Assembly (NCBI GenBank): GCA_004764695.1
Contig: SMSO01000025.1
Coordinates: 1,178,001 to 1,242,000 of the forward strand
Length of the DNA stretch: 64,000 bases
From: Schizochytrium sp. TIO01
Taxonomy: Eukaryota > Protista > Bigyra: Labyrinthulomycetes
Direction of reading: 5' to 3'
The notes beneath the pieces were generated by a model. That model did no database searches. It saw only the letters and a program-made list of their open reading frames with translations, and was not told the DNA's origin. A program made the position numbers and the translations under genes. Positions 24,350 through 35,816 of this stretch are shown piece by piece (within the stretch, counting starts at the first letter, position 1; each line of letters begins with the position of its first letter).

Positions 24350-25597
24350 CTAGCGTGATGACGGTGAAGACGAAAGACTACCATCAAGCCTGTCGTCGTC
24401 ATCATCAACTCCTGCGAGGAGCTGCTTGTCTCCTGATAGGCCTTCCATCTCAAACTGTTCAAAAGGCCCGTCGTCCATATCGAGTCCTGCGTGTGCCGAT
24501 GTATCTAGGTCGAGTCCCATTTCCATTTCCATATCGTCCATGTCGATTGACGGCACGTTATGTTGCAGGTAGGTGTCTGCGTCTGCGTCTAATCTTAAGC
24601 TTTCCAAGTCTCCAACCATCGCCGCTGTCTCCGCTGCCTGCACGGCTCCCGTTTGCGGCGAGTTTTTCCTCGAGTTAGGCGACATCTTGACGCGTCCATC
24701 CTGAGTCAATCCCACATCCATACCTCCGCTTTCAGACTGCTTATGCGAGAATTGGTCGTGCAACTGCATGTCAGTTCGCCTCGCAAAGCCGCTCCTATCC
24801 TCAGTGAGAGACCTTATCGCAGAAAATACTTCCATGCTTGATGGCTCCATTTGCAAGCTCCTGTTGCTTCCTTCCCAGGCATCCACCAGCCCAGTGCCAA
24901 GCTGCTCTTCCTCCTCTTCTTCCTCTTCTTCCTCGTCGCCCTCCAGCAAGATCGGGGACCGCCCGAGGTCCCCATCAAAACTCACACGCTGCCGTGAACG
25001 AGCCCGTGATTCGCGCTGCCGCCGCTGTTGTCCGAGATTATACTGCGAGTTTGATCCAGAGGCCTGACCGCTCTTGGCGAGGTCGAGACCATCGTTACTT
25101 CCACTGCGAGGGCGGATTCGGAGCGCGTGGAGAATGTTAGTGCCGGCATTGCCTGCGTACGTGGGGGCTGACTGTGCCAGGTTGCGGGATCCGAAAGCGC
25201 TAGCACCAGGTGACGGAGGAGGCAGCTCAAGGTCTGGCATGCGTCGCGACAGGTAAGAAGGAGCAGGCATTGAGCCGATAATGGGAGCTCGCGGCGCCGG
25301 TGCGGACTGAGCAAAGTTCTTGCCCGCGCCTGTGGCCAGGGAGTTTGAGTTTGGGTTCATAAGACCCCCTGCGCGAGCCTGAGACCGCATGATTGGGATT
25401 GGACGCGAGGTCGAAGAGGCAGATGGAGACGCCTCGCCTCCTGCCGATGGTGAAGAAATGCTGTCGCCGCCACTCATGCCGCCCGAGAGGCCGCCAGGCG
25501 GAGCCTGCGCCTCGAGGCCACCATGAAGGTGTTGGTGAAGATGGTGGTGATGATGATGACGGTCCGCGTCGCCGCCCAGGCCGCCCTCGCCCGACAT
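24350..25597 (-). CDS. Uncharacterised low-complexity, disordered protein (poly-His, poly-Glu, repeated AQSAP)
   Basis: GC-rich open frame of ~415 aa from ATG 25597 (MSGEGG...). The ORF-track start at 25657 is not ATG. An upstream exon is possible because TACAG lies just 5' of the ATG. Confidence 0.75.
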   Translation of the reverse strand: MSGEGGLGGDADRHHHHHHLHQHLHGGLEAQAPPGGLSGGMSGGDSISSPSAGGEASPSASSTSRPIPIMRSQARAGGLMNPNSNSLATGAGKNFAQSAPAPRAPIIGSMPAPSYLSRRMPDLELPPPSPGASAFGSRNLAQSAPTYAGNAGTNILHALRIRPRSGSNDGLDLAKSGQASGSNSQYNLGQQRRQRESRARSRQRVSFDGDLGRSPILLEGDEEEEEEEEEEQLGTGLVDAWEGSNRSLQMEPSSMEVFSAIRSLTEDRSGFARRTDMQLHDQFSHKQSESGGMDVGLTQDGRVKMSPNSRKNSPQTGAVQAAETAAMVGDLESLRLDADADTYLQHNVPSIDMDDMEMEMGLDLDTSAHAGLDMDDGPFEQFEMEGLSGDKQLLAGVDDDDDRLDGSLSSSPSSR

Positions 25598-26370
25598 ACT
25601 TGACGCCTGTAGATGGAAGCGGCACGCCTTAAGAAGCAGCTGCGGCGAAAACCGCAACCTTACGTAACCTTCCGCGCTCTGTAGCCTCCGCGAGCGCCGA
25701 CCCGCGCGGCCTCGCTCCAGCCTGATCTTTCTGCCTCCCTCTTTTCGCTCTCTCTCTCTTTCCGCTATAGCCTACTTGTATAGGCGCCTATTCCCTTCTT
25801 TTCCTACTGTGGCTTTAAACTATAACCTACTGTGACCTCTCTATCCGACTTATTTGTTTGCTTTTTCTCACTGTGTGAGTGAGAGAATAACCTATTTCTA
25901 CGATTTCCAAGAAGGTCGGTAGGCGCCTCATACCTATTGCTACTGCTACTGAGTGCTAGTTGGGTACCTAGTTTGTTTTCTGTTTCTGTTTCTGTTTCTG
26001 TTTCTTTTCTTTGTTCCTTGTTATACCGATTGTCACGAAAGAAAATAAGAGTCATCAATAGATGATCATCGTCATCGACATCGTCATCAACATCATCAGC
26101 TTTCGGGGAGAAATGCGTACGCAGGTAAACGTGGCGTCGAATGCTTTCAGGGGAGAGCAATTCTTCGATCGTTTCATGAGGGCCCTGTGGTTACATAGAT
26201 AAAATCGCATGCTAGGCGCTGCTCTTTTCATTCAAGTTGTTTCATTCATAGATGGCACTCCGTTTTCCGGTGTAGTAGCAGGGTTGTGTATTTCTTACAA
26301 CTAACTCTAGATATAGCTGGACTAGGCCTTTTCCGTCAATGTTTTGTTTCTTTTAGTCATCATGAATTTA

Positions 26371-26397
26371 GTAAGTAGGTAGGTAGGTAGGTAGGTA
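26371..26397. repeat. (GTAG)n microsatellite
   Basis: gtaagtaggtaggtaggtaggtaggta. Confidence 0.9.
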
Positions 26398-29300
26398 TAC
26401 ACTCCAAGTTTCAAGTTCAAGTTAAAATAACCAAGACAACTATACTAAGTAGTTTTTTGTTTATGGCTTAAAGAAGAAGAAGAAGGACAGGAATGGGAAA
26501 GAAACTCGAAAGAAAGCAGATACACTCTGATCGTAGTGTATCACTTAAATATGATTAGCAAAACTTTATTCTTTCATTCGTTCGCTCATTCTGGTTTCTG
26601 TTTGTTGGTTTGAAAAGGTTTGTTTATTATCAGTAGTAAGTATTATTTTTCTTTTAGGCCTACATTTAGTAAAAAATAAAGAAAAATAAAGAAATTAACA
26701 TAAAACTTGAAGGTTGATAGTATGAAGCAAATGAAGAGCAACTTTTTCTTTCAAAGGACCAGTTGGTATTTACCGCTAATGGGTTCTAATCCATCTCGCT
26801 AGAGGGCTGTTCCAACGCGGACATTATTCAAAGTGACTTTTGAAGCACCGGAATCATGGGATACCGTGAGTTATATGGAAGGCTGAGTGAAGCTTGGGAC
26901 AATAAGCCATTAAAAAGCTATGAATAATACAGATGTAGGAGGGTAAGGTGCAGAAACAGTATAAAATATGATTTGATATGGAATGGCCGAGAAGATGGGC
27001 GAAGGGAGGAAGGAGAAGGCAGGAAAGTTTGTGCAGATGGACACGAAGAGGCACATGAGAGAGCTTGCGCAAAATCACAGCCCATTCGCGTCAAGGTTTC
27101 TACAAAGAAGACGACCTGAATCGAATGCAGCTTGTGCAAGAATTTTAGTTTGCTAAGACAGAAAACGCTAAAACTGCTATGATCTGAAAACGCTCTTGCT
27201 GTAATTTTTACCAATTGGCAAATTCTACCTCCTAAGCGATCCTACGTAAACTATCATCATTATAGAGCTCCGTGCCGCGAGTTCTCCTTCCTCAAGTATC
27301 CTCGACAAGCTCTGCTTCAGATTGCATTCGCTCCAGGTCTTCAGTTGTCTTTGTTCAAAGAGGAGCCATAGAAAATCCCAGAACTCAGCGTTGCCAGCAA
27401 AGGCTATGAATTTAGAAAGCTTGTAAATCAAAGAAAGCAACCAACTTGCATGAGTGACTGCTTTTCAATTGAGTGCAGCTTGTTTTACAGAGCATCATTC
27501 AAGACATCTTCATTTTGAGGTGACATCTCCATCAAAGTTCCTTTTAGCGTAGGAGCAGTCCTTAGACCGGACCCGGAAGTTGCTCGAGCTGTGCTACGAC
27601 TGGCTGCTTGACATGCACCAATAGAATGGCTTCGCAGGACTTTCGCTGTGTTTGTGGTTTCAATCTGGCGAACGTCTTCAAGATTTCGCTGATCCTGGAG
27701 TTCTTATGATGTCATCGTCTCCTACATTTACGATGTGAATCCCGATGATGTTCACGAGGGTGATTCTATTTTATCTTTTCCAGGGAGATAAGCCAAAGAT
27801 CTCCTTCCTTTTGCTAGTTATAGTACTAAGCTAGAGCTTGTTACCTAGTACTCCACTTTTGCATGCATATATACCTACTAGAACTACCTAGTGCCTATTA
27901 TCGATGCTTTCTTTCATTTCTATTCTCTAAAGGCACATACGTATGATATTTATTCTATGAAATCAGGTGTTTCTCTGGAAATATGTTTAGGTACAAATCC
28001 GGGTTTCTTCACAGCTGTATTTACTCGTATACTCTCGTGCAAAGACTGGAAGGTAGCCGATCGAATGGGTGGACGCTGCGTCTGCGTTAAGAAAAAGGCT
28101 GACCAAAGGATGGGGCACGTTTCGTGAACTCTGTGGACACCAGCATTTTGGTTCTTTTCAGTAAATATAAAAAAAAGAAAACCTGTTTAATTGTTAAAAA
28201 AATAAAATATTATTAGTACCACTATAGGCAGAAAGCAATACGTGGCCGTTGAGCGACACCACAATACAGAGCAGGATCAAATATCTCCAACGTGGGAGAA
28301 CCTGGTGGCCAGGAATCAATTCAAGTCGAGCCGCTGCCGAATCAACCAGCCATCACCAATGCACTAGACTTTAGAATTCGTTTGTACTAGCAAGAAATGA
28401 CTTGGCTATTCATTAGGGGAGTGCCAATTTTTCTTTTAATTAATGTAGGAGAAAGTACTCAAAGAACCTTGATTTATTTCTACTGAAAATGTGCAGATGG
28501 CATACACACGTCAACCGTTGGCCCAAAAGGCATGGCCTCCTAGTTTCCACTCATCTACAGCAGAGTGCGTCATGACTAGAGTATGATGTATACTTCCCAA
28601 CATGGCTTCTTTTTGCTCTCTTATTAGTTTGAATGAATTAAAATGGCATTTGGCAGCACCTAGGTGCTTGTGCTTTTTAATGAAGAAATTCGAGGCAATG
28701 TATGGCGATTGAACTCGGAGTTGTAGATCTTGAAGCTTGAATCCAGAGTTGTAGATCTTCGTAAAGGAGCTAGTTGCGTTCGTCTTTGTAATCAGTAGCA
28801 GTCCTTGTTTGAAGAGCTAAATAAATCCGAACTCAATCACAGTTCCACCTTTTATATCTGGAATATAGCAATCAAATGAAAGTCACAATCAGGAATACTC
28901 TGGTGAACGGGTTTCGGACTTGTTAACGAGGACTTTCTTCATCTACTGTATGTTTGTATCTTAGTATCCATGATAAGAATACTTCTCCTAAACATTCTTA
29001 AAGGGATACACTCTAATCAGCTTTTAAAAAAAAAACTTCCATTGGTGAGGGTTTTCTTATACACTCCTCGGACTACTTGGCCGGGATGCCTGTATTTAAG
29101 AAAAATGTGATTGTGGGCTATAGATTCAAATTCATGATTGATCCATTGACTCGAATCATACTTGGGATAAAATTAACCGGAAGGTAACATTTAAAGTACA
29201 TTTCGCAAGCATCAATCCTTGAAAACAATAGTAATTAGATGCTTTTGGCTCGATGAATACCACTTAAAGAGGAGTGAACTAATAAGACTCCGTACTCAAC

Positions 29301-29612
29301 ACCTCGAAAAGCTTCTACGGACGTACGATATATTCGGGTTCAATTCTATTTTGGTATTATACATTTCCAGGAAGACTCAGAGAAAATTGAAAAAGAAAAT
29401 AAAAATCACTCTCTATTTTCCTCCTTCGCTTCTTATCTGTGGTTGATACCCAAACAACCACTGTCGAGGACGGCTCCAGGGCTTGTGGAGCTTTTTGAGA
29501 GATACATCCTGAAGCTAGTCTGCCTGGCGGAGGCTTGATAAAGCCTGTCTGGACACAGCTCGGCTAAGCAGAGCCCGGTCTTGAGCGAAAGCCTTCAACA
29601 GATCGAAACATC

Positions 29613-30149
29613 ATGGCCTTGACACTTCATACAAACAAGGGCGACATCAAGCTTGAGCTCGCGTGCGAAGAGGTACCACGACTTTGTTTTAATTTCCTTG
29701 CTCTCGCCGCTAGTGGTTATTATGATGGCTTGACGTTGCATCGTAGTATCCCTGGATTCATTATCCAGGGCGGAGACCCCACTGTCGGCGCCACCAAGGT
29801 TGGGCAGGCGTACGAATATACAACTTTTACAGACCGTGGACCAAAAGGCGGCGAGAGCATCTGGGGGGGCAAGTTCGAGGACTCATTCCACCCAAATCTT
29901 CGTCACAACAGGCGAGGCGTGCTCTCGATGGCCAACAAAAATGCTCCCAACACAAATGGATCACAATTCTTTATCACGTACAGTGCTCAGGACCATTTAG
30001 ATGATAATTCGTCCGCATTTGGTATTGTCAAGGCTGGTCTTGAGGTTCTCGACACACTCGAGGCCATCCCTGTTGGCAAGAAAAACAGGCCTGTGGAGCC
30101 TGTCGTGATTGAGCGGATAACAATCCATGCAAATCCTCTTGCAACTTAA
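29613..30149 (+). CDS. PPIL3: Cyclophilin-type peptidyl-prolyl isomerase, PPIL3-like
   Basis: Motifs: MALTLHTNKGDIKLEL, NFLALAASGYYDG, HRSIPGFIIQGGDPT, GGESIWG, RGVLSMAN, NTNGSQFFIT, HLD, and the C-terminal TIHANPLA typical of PPIL3. Confidence 0.9.
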   Translation: MALTLHTNKGDIKLELACEEVPRLCFNFLALAASGYYDGLTLHRSIPGFIIQGGDPTVGATKVGQAYEYTTFTDRGPKGGESIWGGKFEDSFHPNLRHNRRGVLSMANKNAPNTNGSQFFITYSAQDHLDDNSSAFGIVKAGLEVLDTLEAIPVGKKNRPVEPVVIERITIHANPLAT

Positions 30150-31089
30150 TGCAAACTTAAAGTGTGCTGCAGAGAAGTCTTCCATTGATTGGCAGCTTCA
30201 TGTCCAATCCAAAAAATCTAGGGTGGAGGCATATGGTTCATTGCCGATTGCAAACTTTTTGATTTGAAAGTACAACATCCAGCGCAGACGGAGACATACC
30301 TTGCGACTTAAAGAAAAATCCGCTCACTCTTCTATTGGCCAAAACATGAAGAAAAGCTTGATAGTTTGTTGACATCAATGAGAATCTGGCGTAATTCTTT
30401 CTCTGGTCCAGACATGATGCTGCATATTTGATTCACTTTTTGTACTATAAAACTCATAAATAGTTAGAACTGACTTTAGCGAGATTCAATCAGTACTTCG
30501 TATGAAGTGTATAGGGTGCATTGATGTTTGATTGTTGCTTGTGGACAAGTACAGCGTCAACGGAATGGTATGACCAGGATTGACATTACTTCAAACAATA
30601 ATGTTAAAAAAGACAACCATCAGCAAGCGTACAAAAAGAAAAGAAGGATATCTATGAAAGTTCTTGTAACAAAAAAAAGGGGTGGGGAGGAAACTTCACT
30701 TTACTGAGAACATGGTCAAAACCCAGAGCGAGATCCGGATGTTGTTGGCTAGGGGTATGGTTAATTAATGCTTTGATAAATGTCATTTTAGAGAGAAGAG
30801 AAATAAAAGAATCGTTCGGCTCATGTACAAACTGTCCTGCCGAGAAGAACCCCCTATAATGTATTTCTCTTGAATGTGCAATGCACTGCTGGTATTGATT
30901 TGCTCGTTTGAAGTACACTGACATGTAGCTGGGCAACGCTAGTCATACATAGCGAGAATTTCTGCTCACTGTGTAGAAGGGTGAAGGACAATGTTCAACG
31001 ATCTGGCCTGCACTGTACATGATAGCGAGCACAATAAATGCACAGGTCGAAAGTAACACGGACTAAGCAACACGCGTAGAACTATCGAT

Positions 31090-31539
31090 TTAGCGACGGC
31101 GACCAGAAATGCGCTGGGAAAGGCGGGCAGCTCCCTTCTTCATCTTCATGGCAAGACTGGTCTCCTTTTTGACAAGCTTAGTAACATCCTCAACACCGCG
31201 CTTCTTGGCGTAGTCAACAGCCATCTTGCCGGAATTGTCCTTCTTCTTGATGTCAAGATCCGGGTGGGCAAGCATAAGCTTGACGGCATCAAGGTTGCCA
31301 CTAAGAGCGACGTTCATGAAAGGGGTCGTGCCGGAGTTGTCGGTAGCGTTGACGTCAACATCGTCCTGGGCAAGGAGAAACATGAGCATATCTTCGTCAC
31401 CATTGTAGGCAGCATTGTGGAGAGGAGTCCAGTTGGACTCATCAGTGGAGTTGATACCTACGCCCTTGTCAAAGATCAGGTGGCGGACCTCATCGACATC
31501 GCCCTCAGCGGCGGCTTCGCACAAAGCAAGACCAGACAT
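31090..31539 (-). CDS. Small ankyrin-repeat protein
   Basis: 149 aa with ankyrin consensus units LCEAAAEGDVDEV, WTPLHNAAYNGD, GTTPFMNVALSGNLDAVKLML and GKMAVDYA. Strongly biased codon usage. Confidence 0.92.
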   Translation of the reverse strand: MSGLALCEAAAEGDVDEVRHLIFDKGVGINSTDESNWTPLHNAAYNGDEDMLMFLLAQDDVDVNATDNSGTTPFMNVALSGNLDAVKLMLAHPDLDIKKKDNSGKMAVDYAKKRGVEDVTKLVKKETSLAMKMKKGAARLSQRISGRRR

Positions 31540-31567
31540 GTTTCGAGACGCTTTATTTATTCACGCG

Positions 31568-31710
31568 CTGCACAAACAAACTCTTGTGAGCAATGTCAGT
31601 AAGGTCTCCTGCGTTCGGGTTTTGCTTCGAATGGAGTTTAATCGATTTCGGCTCGTTCGCAGCTACGAAAGTGACCACGGGGAGAGTCGAGAGAACTCGT
31701 TCTAACTTAC
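31568..31710 (-). other. Probable 5'-UTR intron of the ankyrin gene (143 nt)
   Basis: On the minus strand: GTAAGT donor at 31710, TACTGAC branch-like site, and TTTGTTTGTGCAG acceptor ending at 31568, 29 nt before the ATG. Confidence 0.6.
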
Positions 31711-33783
31711 GTAGTAGATAGCAGATTTGCTTGATCTGTCGCTACGAGTGAAGATGGAGCAGAAGAAGAAGCCCTGCACGGAAAACTTGGACTCTCTTAT
31801 TCCACTTTTCTCCTCTCCCCTCTGGCTATACTTCTATTAGTAAAACGTAGAATCTCTATAAGAGTAACTTTCCCACTGGACAAATAATGTCTTTTACTTG
31901 ACTATGATTAATATGGAAGACACTTTAAAGTTTTTCTATTTTCATTTTCATCACTCGCTCGCGGTGCACACTAGGGCTACTCGCAACGACGCACCTGCCA
32001 ATCCATAGGTTACACGGCGCTTGGTTCTCGGCGGATATAGTATCGACCAACGAATAAGGGCTGCTTGAGGGGAGCTTCAATAAGCGCTCCTCAGGAGCTG
32101 CGCCAAGGTAAGCTACTAGTGGCTTCGGCAGGGCTAAATCAGCTTCAATTTAAGCTATCTCCATTTCTTTTAAGCAATCAATCCACATTAGAACTTGTAT
32201 AAAGGCAAGTGTATTACGGAAAACAATAGGATTAGCAAGAGTCAGCGCTTGCAGCACACAAAACAAGTCTTTTCCAGCGTGGATAAAGTACCTATTAAAC
32301 CCCCTTAGTGATCGCACACTTGTTTATCATCTAGGATAAATTTCCTGGAAAGGGTATAGATTAGGAGTAGTTCTATTTTGTGTGGGACCGCTCTACCTAA
32401 CAAGTGCTTCTTTTTTACAGAAACTTGTATATAGTTCATTAAAAGTGATAGAGGTGGAAAGAGTCTTGTACAAGGGCACACGGCACGTGCTAGCCCCGCT
32501 CAAGACACTTTGGTTCATCTGCGCCTGAAGGAAGACAGGAGTAGTAAAAGGTATGTGCCTAAAGAATTCGAAAAACTACTCAACTTGAACGTGAAGAATA
32601 GAACAAAGTTTTGAAAATATGTTTGAGTATGTCCAAGGCAACGAATGTTTCGAAGAGTTGGTGACGAGCGACTAACACCTTGTTTGGGCAAACGAATCTC
32701 AAGTTTATATGTTGAATCGGAAGTAGCCTTGAATCGGTTGTTTTTGTAGAATAAACCAGTACGTGCGCGATGTTTTGGTGAAGTAAAACGAAAATTTATC
32801 CTGGACTTTTAGTTTGAGGGGATGACAACTTAGTCATTATATTTGAGAAATCATGCAGACTTTGCTTGGAACCGGCTTGCAAAGAAACTAGCTCATAAAG
32901 CTTACTCTTCAATTTTATGGACTTCGATGACACTAGCTCACCACCCACTTACTTTCGCAAAGAAGGCCCAAACTTTGAAGAAAACATAAAACAAAAACGG
33001 AAACAATCTAAGATCTTTGGACTTCCGCAAGAGCCGTCATGAACACTGATTTGCTTCCTGCCAGCTGCTAAATGGGAGGATGGAATCCCTCGCAGAGAAA
33101 AGCAACTAGGCGTCTAAGGAGGGTACGAGGGACAACTGCGGTCGCGTCAGTCTATACTCCTCACTCACAGACTGAAACTGCCGCTCAATCGCAAGGGCTG
33201 CTGGAAATCTCTCGCTCACTCGCTCACTCACGCGTCTTGCATGGCACATATTGAAAAAGAAACGAAAAGAAAAAAGAAAAGAAGATGTAGAAGAGGTTTT
33301 GTTTTTAGCAGACTCTTAGCTTCTGCATTAATTTCTGACAGTCTGATATCATAGAAAATATGGTTTAGTAGTTTAGTAGTTCTAAGAAGTCAATATGTTT
33401 ACAGCAATTGTTTTTTTGTTGTTTATTTTATAAACAACTACGCGCCGGCCCTATAACATTCGACAATACTACGCTCAGTTGCAATTGTTTACCGCGATAT
33501 AGTACGAGTACGGAAATGAGGGCATTTAAGAGCCTGGCCAACAAGTGAAAAACACTAACTTGTGGCAGCCTGAAAGAGAGCCATCCTGAAAAAGGGGTTT
33601 TGGTAGTGTCCGTTTGACTTAGGAAGTAGCAAATTTGAAGTACCACTGGAGCCACCACGTCATTCAGATATGGAAGTTGCAAACCAAAGTCTCAGAGTGT
33701 GACACGCTCTTGCACTAGATTTTCATTTGCTTAAACAGTCTGGTTGAATTTAAAACAGTAAGTATCATGATGACATGATTGAA

Positions 33784-33817
33784 AAGAAGAAGAAGAAGAA
33801 GAAGAAGAAGAAGAAGA
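33784..33817. repeat. (AAG)n microsatellite, ~11 units
   Basis: Direct inspection. Confidence 0.9.
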
Positions 33818-34310
33818 CAGACAACTTGTCAAAATATTGAAAGCGTTCTTTCATGTGACAGCCCCTCCAAATAGTAAAGATAGGATAGCAGCTTGACAAC
33901 AATGCTTTCCAACTTTTCAAGCACAGCCTGGCTCTTTCTTTTACACCAAACTATAGACTAATCTCGTTAACAGATCACAGTCTCCGAACTATTTGGTCTA
34001 GATCTGAGTTTCAAGTTGTACAAGAATAGTCTTATTCTTAAAATGCTTCGCATACAGTATAAAATAATCTCCACTTCTGTGGCGGGAGTGGTGGCTGCGA
34101 CCTTACACTTCGAATCACAACTCACCTAGTAGAGGTATGCCACCCTTGGGAACTCACTGGGCATGTTTAACAGTGGACAATAGTTGAAGTCAGATAAGCC
34201 AATGCAAGAGATAAAAGATAAGGTAAACACGTGGATACATGAGAAGCAAGAAAGATGTCAAGCTCAATTTTAGTGCGTAAAGTAGAATATCTACGATGCA
34301 TTACATCAGT

Positions 34311-35216
34311 CTAAAGAGAAGAAGGCTTCGAAGTTCGGAGGTGAGTGTTAAACCAATCCTCAGCTGCCTGAATCATCGGCTCCGGAGTGGCATGTTCAAC
34401 ACCAGGGAGAATGGTGTGTTGGAGATGAGAAGGCTTTTGTGCAGACTCGTACAAAGGCTTGAGAGCAGCGTTGAGTTTCACGTTGCACTCTACAGGAACA
34501 AGAACATCAGCGCCACCATTTACCATAAGAATGGGGCGTGCACCGGCTGCGACATTTTCCACATTGTGAATAGGATCGTAGTGCTCAATTGTACGAAGCA
34601 AGGCGGGAGGGACTAATGACTCAAAACTGGGTACAACCGCGCCTGATTCTTTTGCCTTCTCCTTGAGCATCGCATAGCGTTTCTGCATGTTAAGCAGATA
34701 GTCTCCAGAGGAAATGAGCGAGACGCAAACGTCCATGCGTGGCTCATTGGCCATAATCAGCAGTGCTGTGTGGCCGCCCTGGCTAATGCCGAAAATACCA
34801 GTTCGCAAGAAGTTTACCTGCAAGATTGATGGCAAGATGTCTAGCATCATTTGCACGTCACGGTGTGCGCCAAGCATTTGTGCATACATGTCCGTAGCAT
34901 GCTGTGTGTTTTCCTTATCCCATGCATGGTTACGCTTCACATCGAGCAGACGATCACCGTGGTTTGGATTATCCCAGAAAATCGCCATGTAACCATTCTT
35001 GGCAAATCGCAAAGCATGGCGTTGTACATGTTTACGCTTTCCCAATCGACCATGAATCAAGAACACAACCTCGACACCATGCTCACGCGCCCGAGATACG
35101 ACTTTTGAGTCAGGAGCACCAATCTCTGTCTCGTCGTCAGCGGCTTGCTTCGAGCGAGAGTCATCCTGAGGCCAGACTACACAAGCCTCCAGGCCGCCTA
35201 CAACCACGGTTTCCAT
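34311..35216 (-). CDS. Alpha/beta-fold esterase/hydrolase
   Basis: 301 aa. LIHGRLG, DNPNHGDR, nucleophile GISQGG, acid NGGADVLVP, His in PGVEHA. Confidence 0.88.
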   Translation of the reverse strand: METVVVGGLEACVVWPQDDSRSKQAADDETEIGAPDSKVVSRAREHGVEVVFLIHGRLGKRKHVQRHALRFAKNGYMAIFWDNPNHGDRLLDVKRNHAWDKENTQHATDMYAQMLGAHRDVQMMLDILPSILQVNFLRTGIFGISQGGHTALLIMANEPRMDVCVSLISSGDYLLNMQKRYAMLKEKAKESGAVVPSFESLVPPALLRTIEHYDPIHNVENVAAGARPILMVNGGADVLVPVECNVKLNAALKPLYESAQKPSHLQHTILPGVEHATPEPMIQAAEDWFNTHLRTSKPSSL

Positions 35217-35816
35217 GTCGAGTGTCTCTGCTCGAATCCTCCTATCTTATTTGACTCAAGGCAATGTTCTTCGCGCTGGCAAGACTTGCCTGCCCAGACT
35301 TCTGGGTTTGCTTGCCTTCAAAATGCTGCTTCTGGTCCCGAGTGAATTCCTTCTTAGTAATTTATGTTACTTAAAAAAAATAGAGATTTATAGGTAAGAG
35401 TATGTAATAGTAGGTACTACCTTGTGCTGCTGCTGAGAAGAAAGTAACGGGGATGGACTGACGGGTTCTTCGCCGATCGGAACGGAGTTTTGACGCGGCC
35501 GAGGAGTCTGAATGCCGGAAGTGCGGTGGAGTGGACAATTGGCAGTCAAGTGTACCACTGCAGTATTGTAACACGGTCAGTGGTGAAACAAAAGCTTCAA
35601 ATATTCGAAGAGGAAAGTGTTCGCGACATCGCCAAATTCTGCGTTGTGAACTTAAGGAGGACATGTGAGCGAAATTTGAGCAAAAAGTATCTTTTCCCAA
35701 ATAAGCAAAGCTGTAAATTCGTTTCATCGTTTTGACTGGTTGTGTTATTCATTATCGCTATTCTCTTGCAGAGAATAAGCAATGGCAAAAGATTGTCGAG
35801 ACAAAAAGGCCTGGTT

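Noticed and set aside
32020-32095. Short hairpins suggesting a structured RNA
   Set aside because: Stems are short and imperfect, with no recognisable family or terminator.
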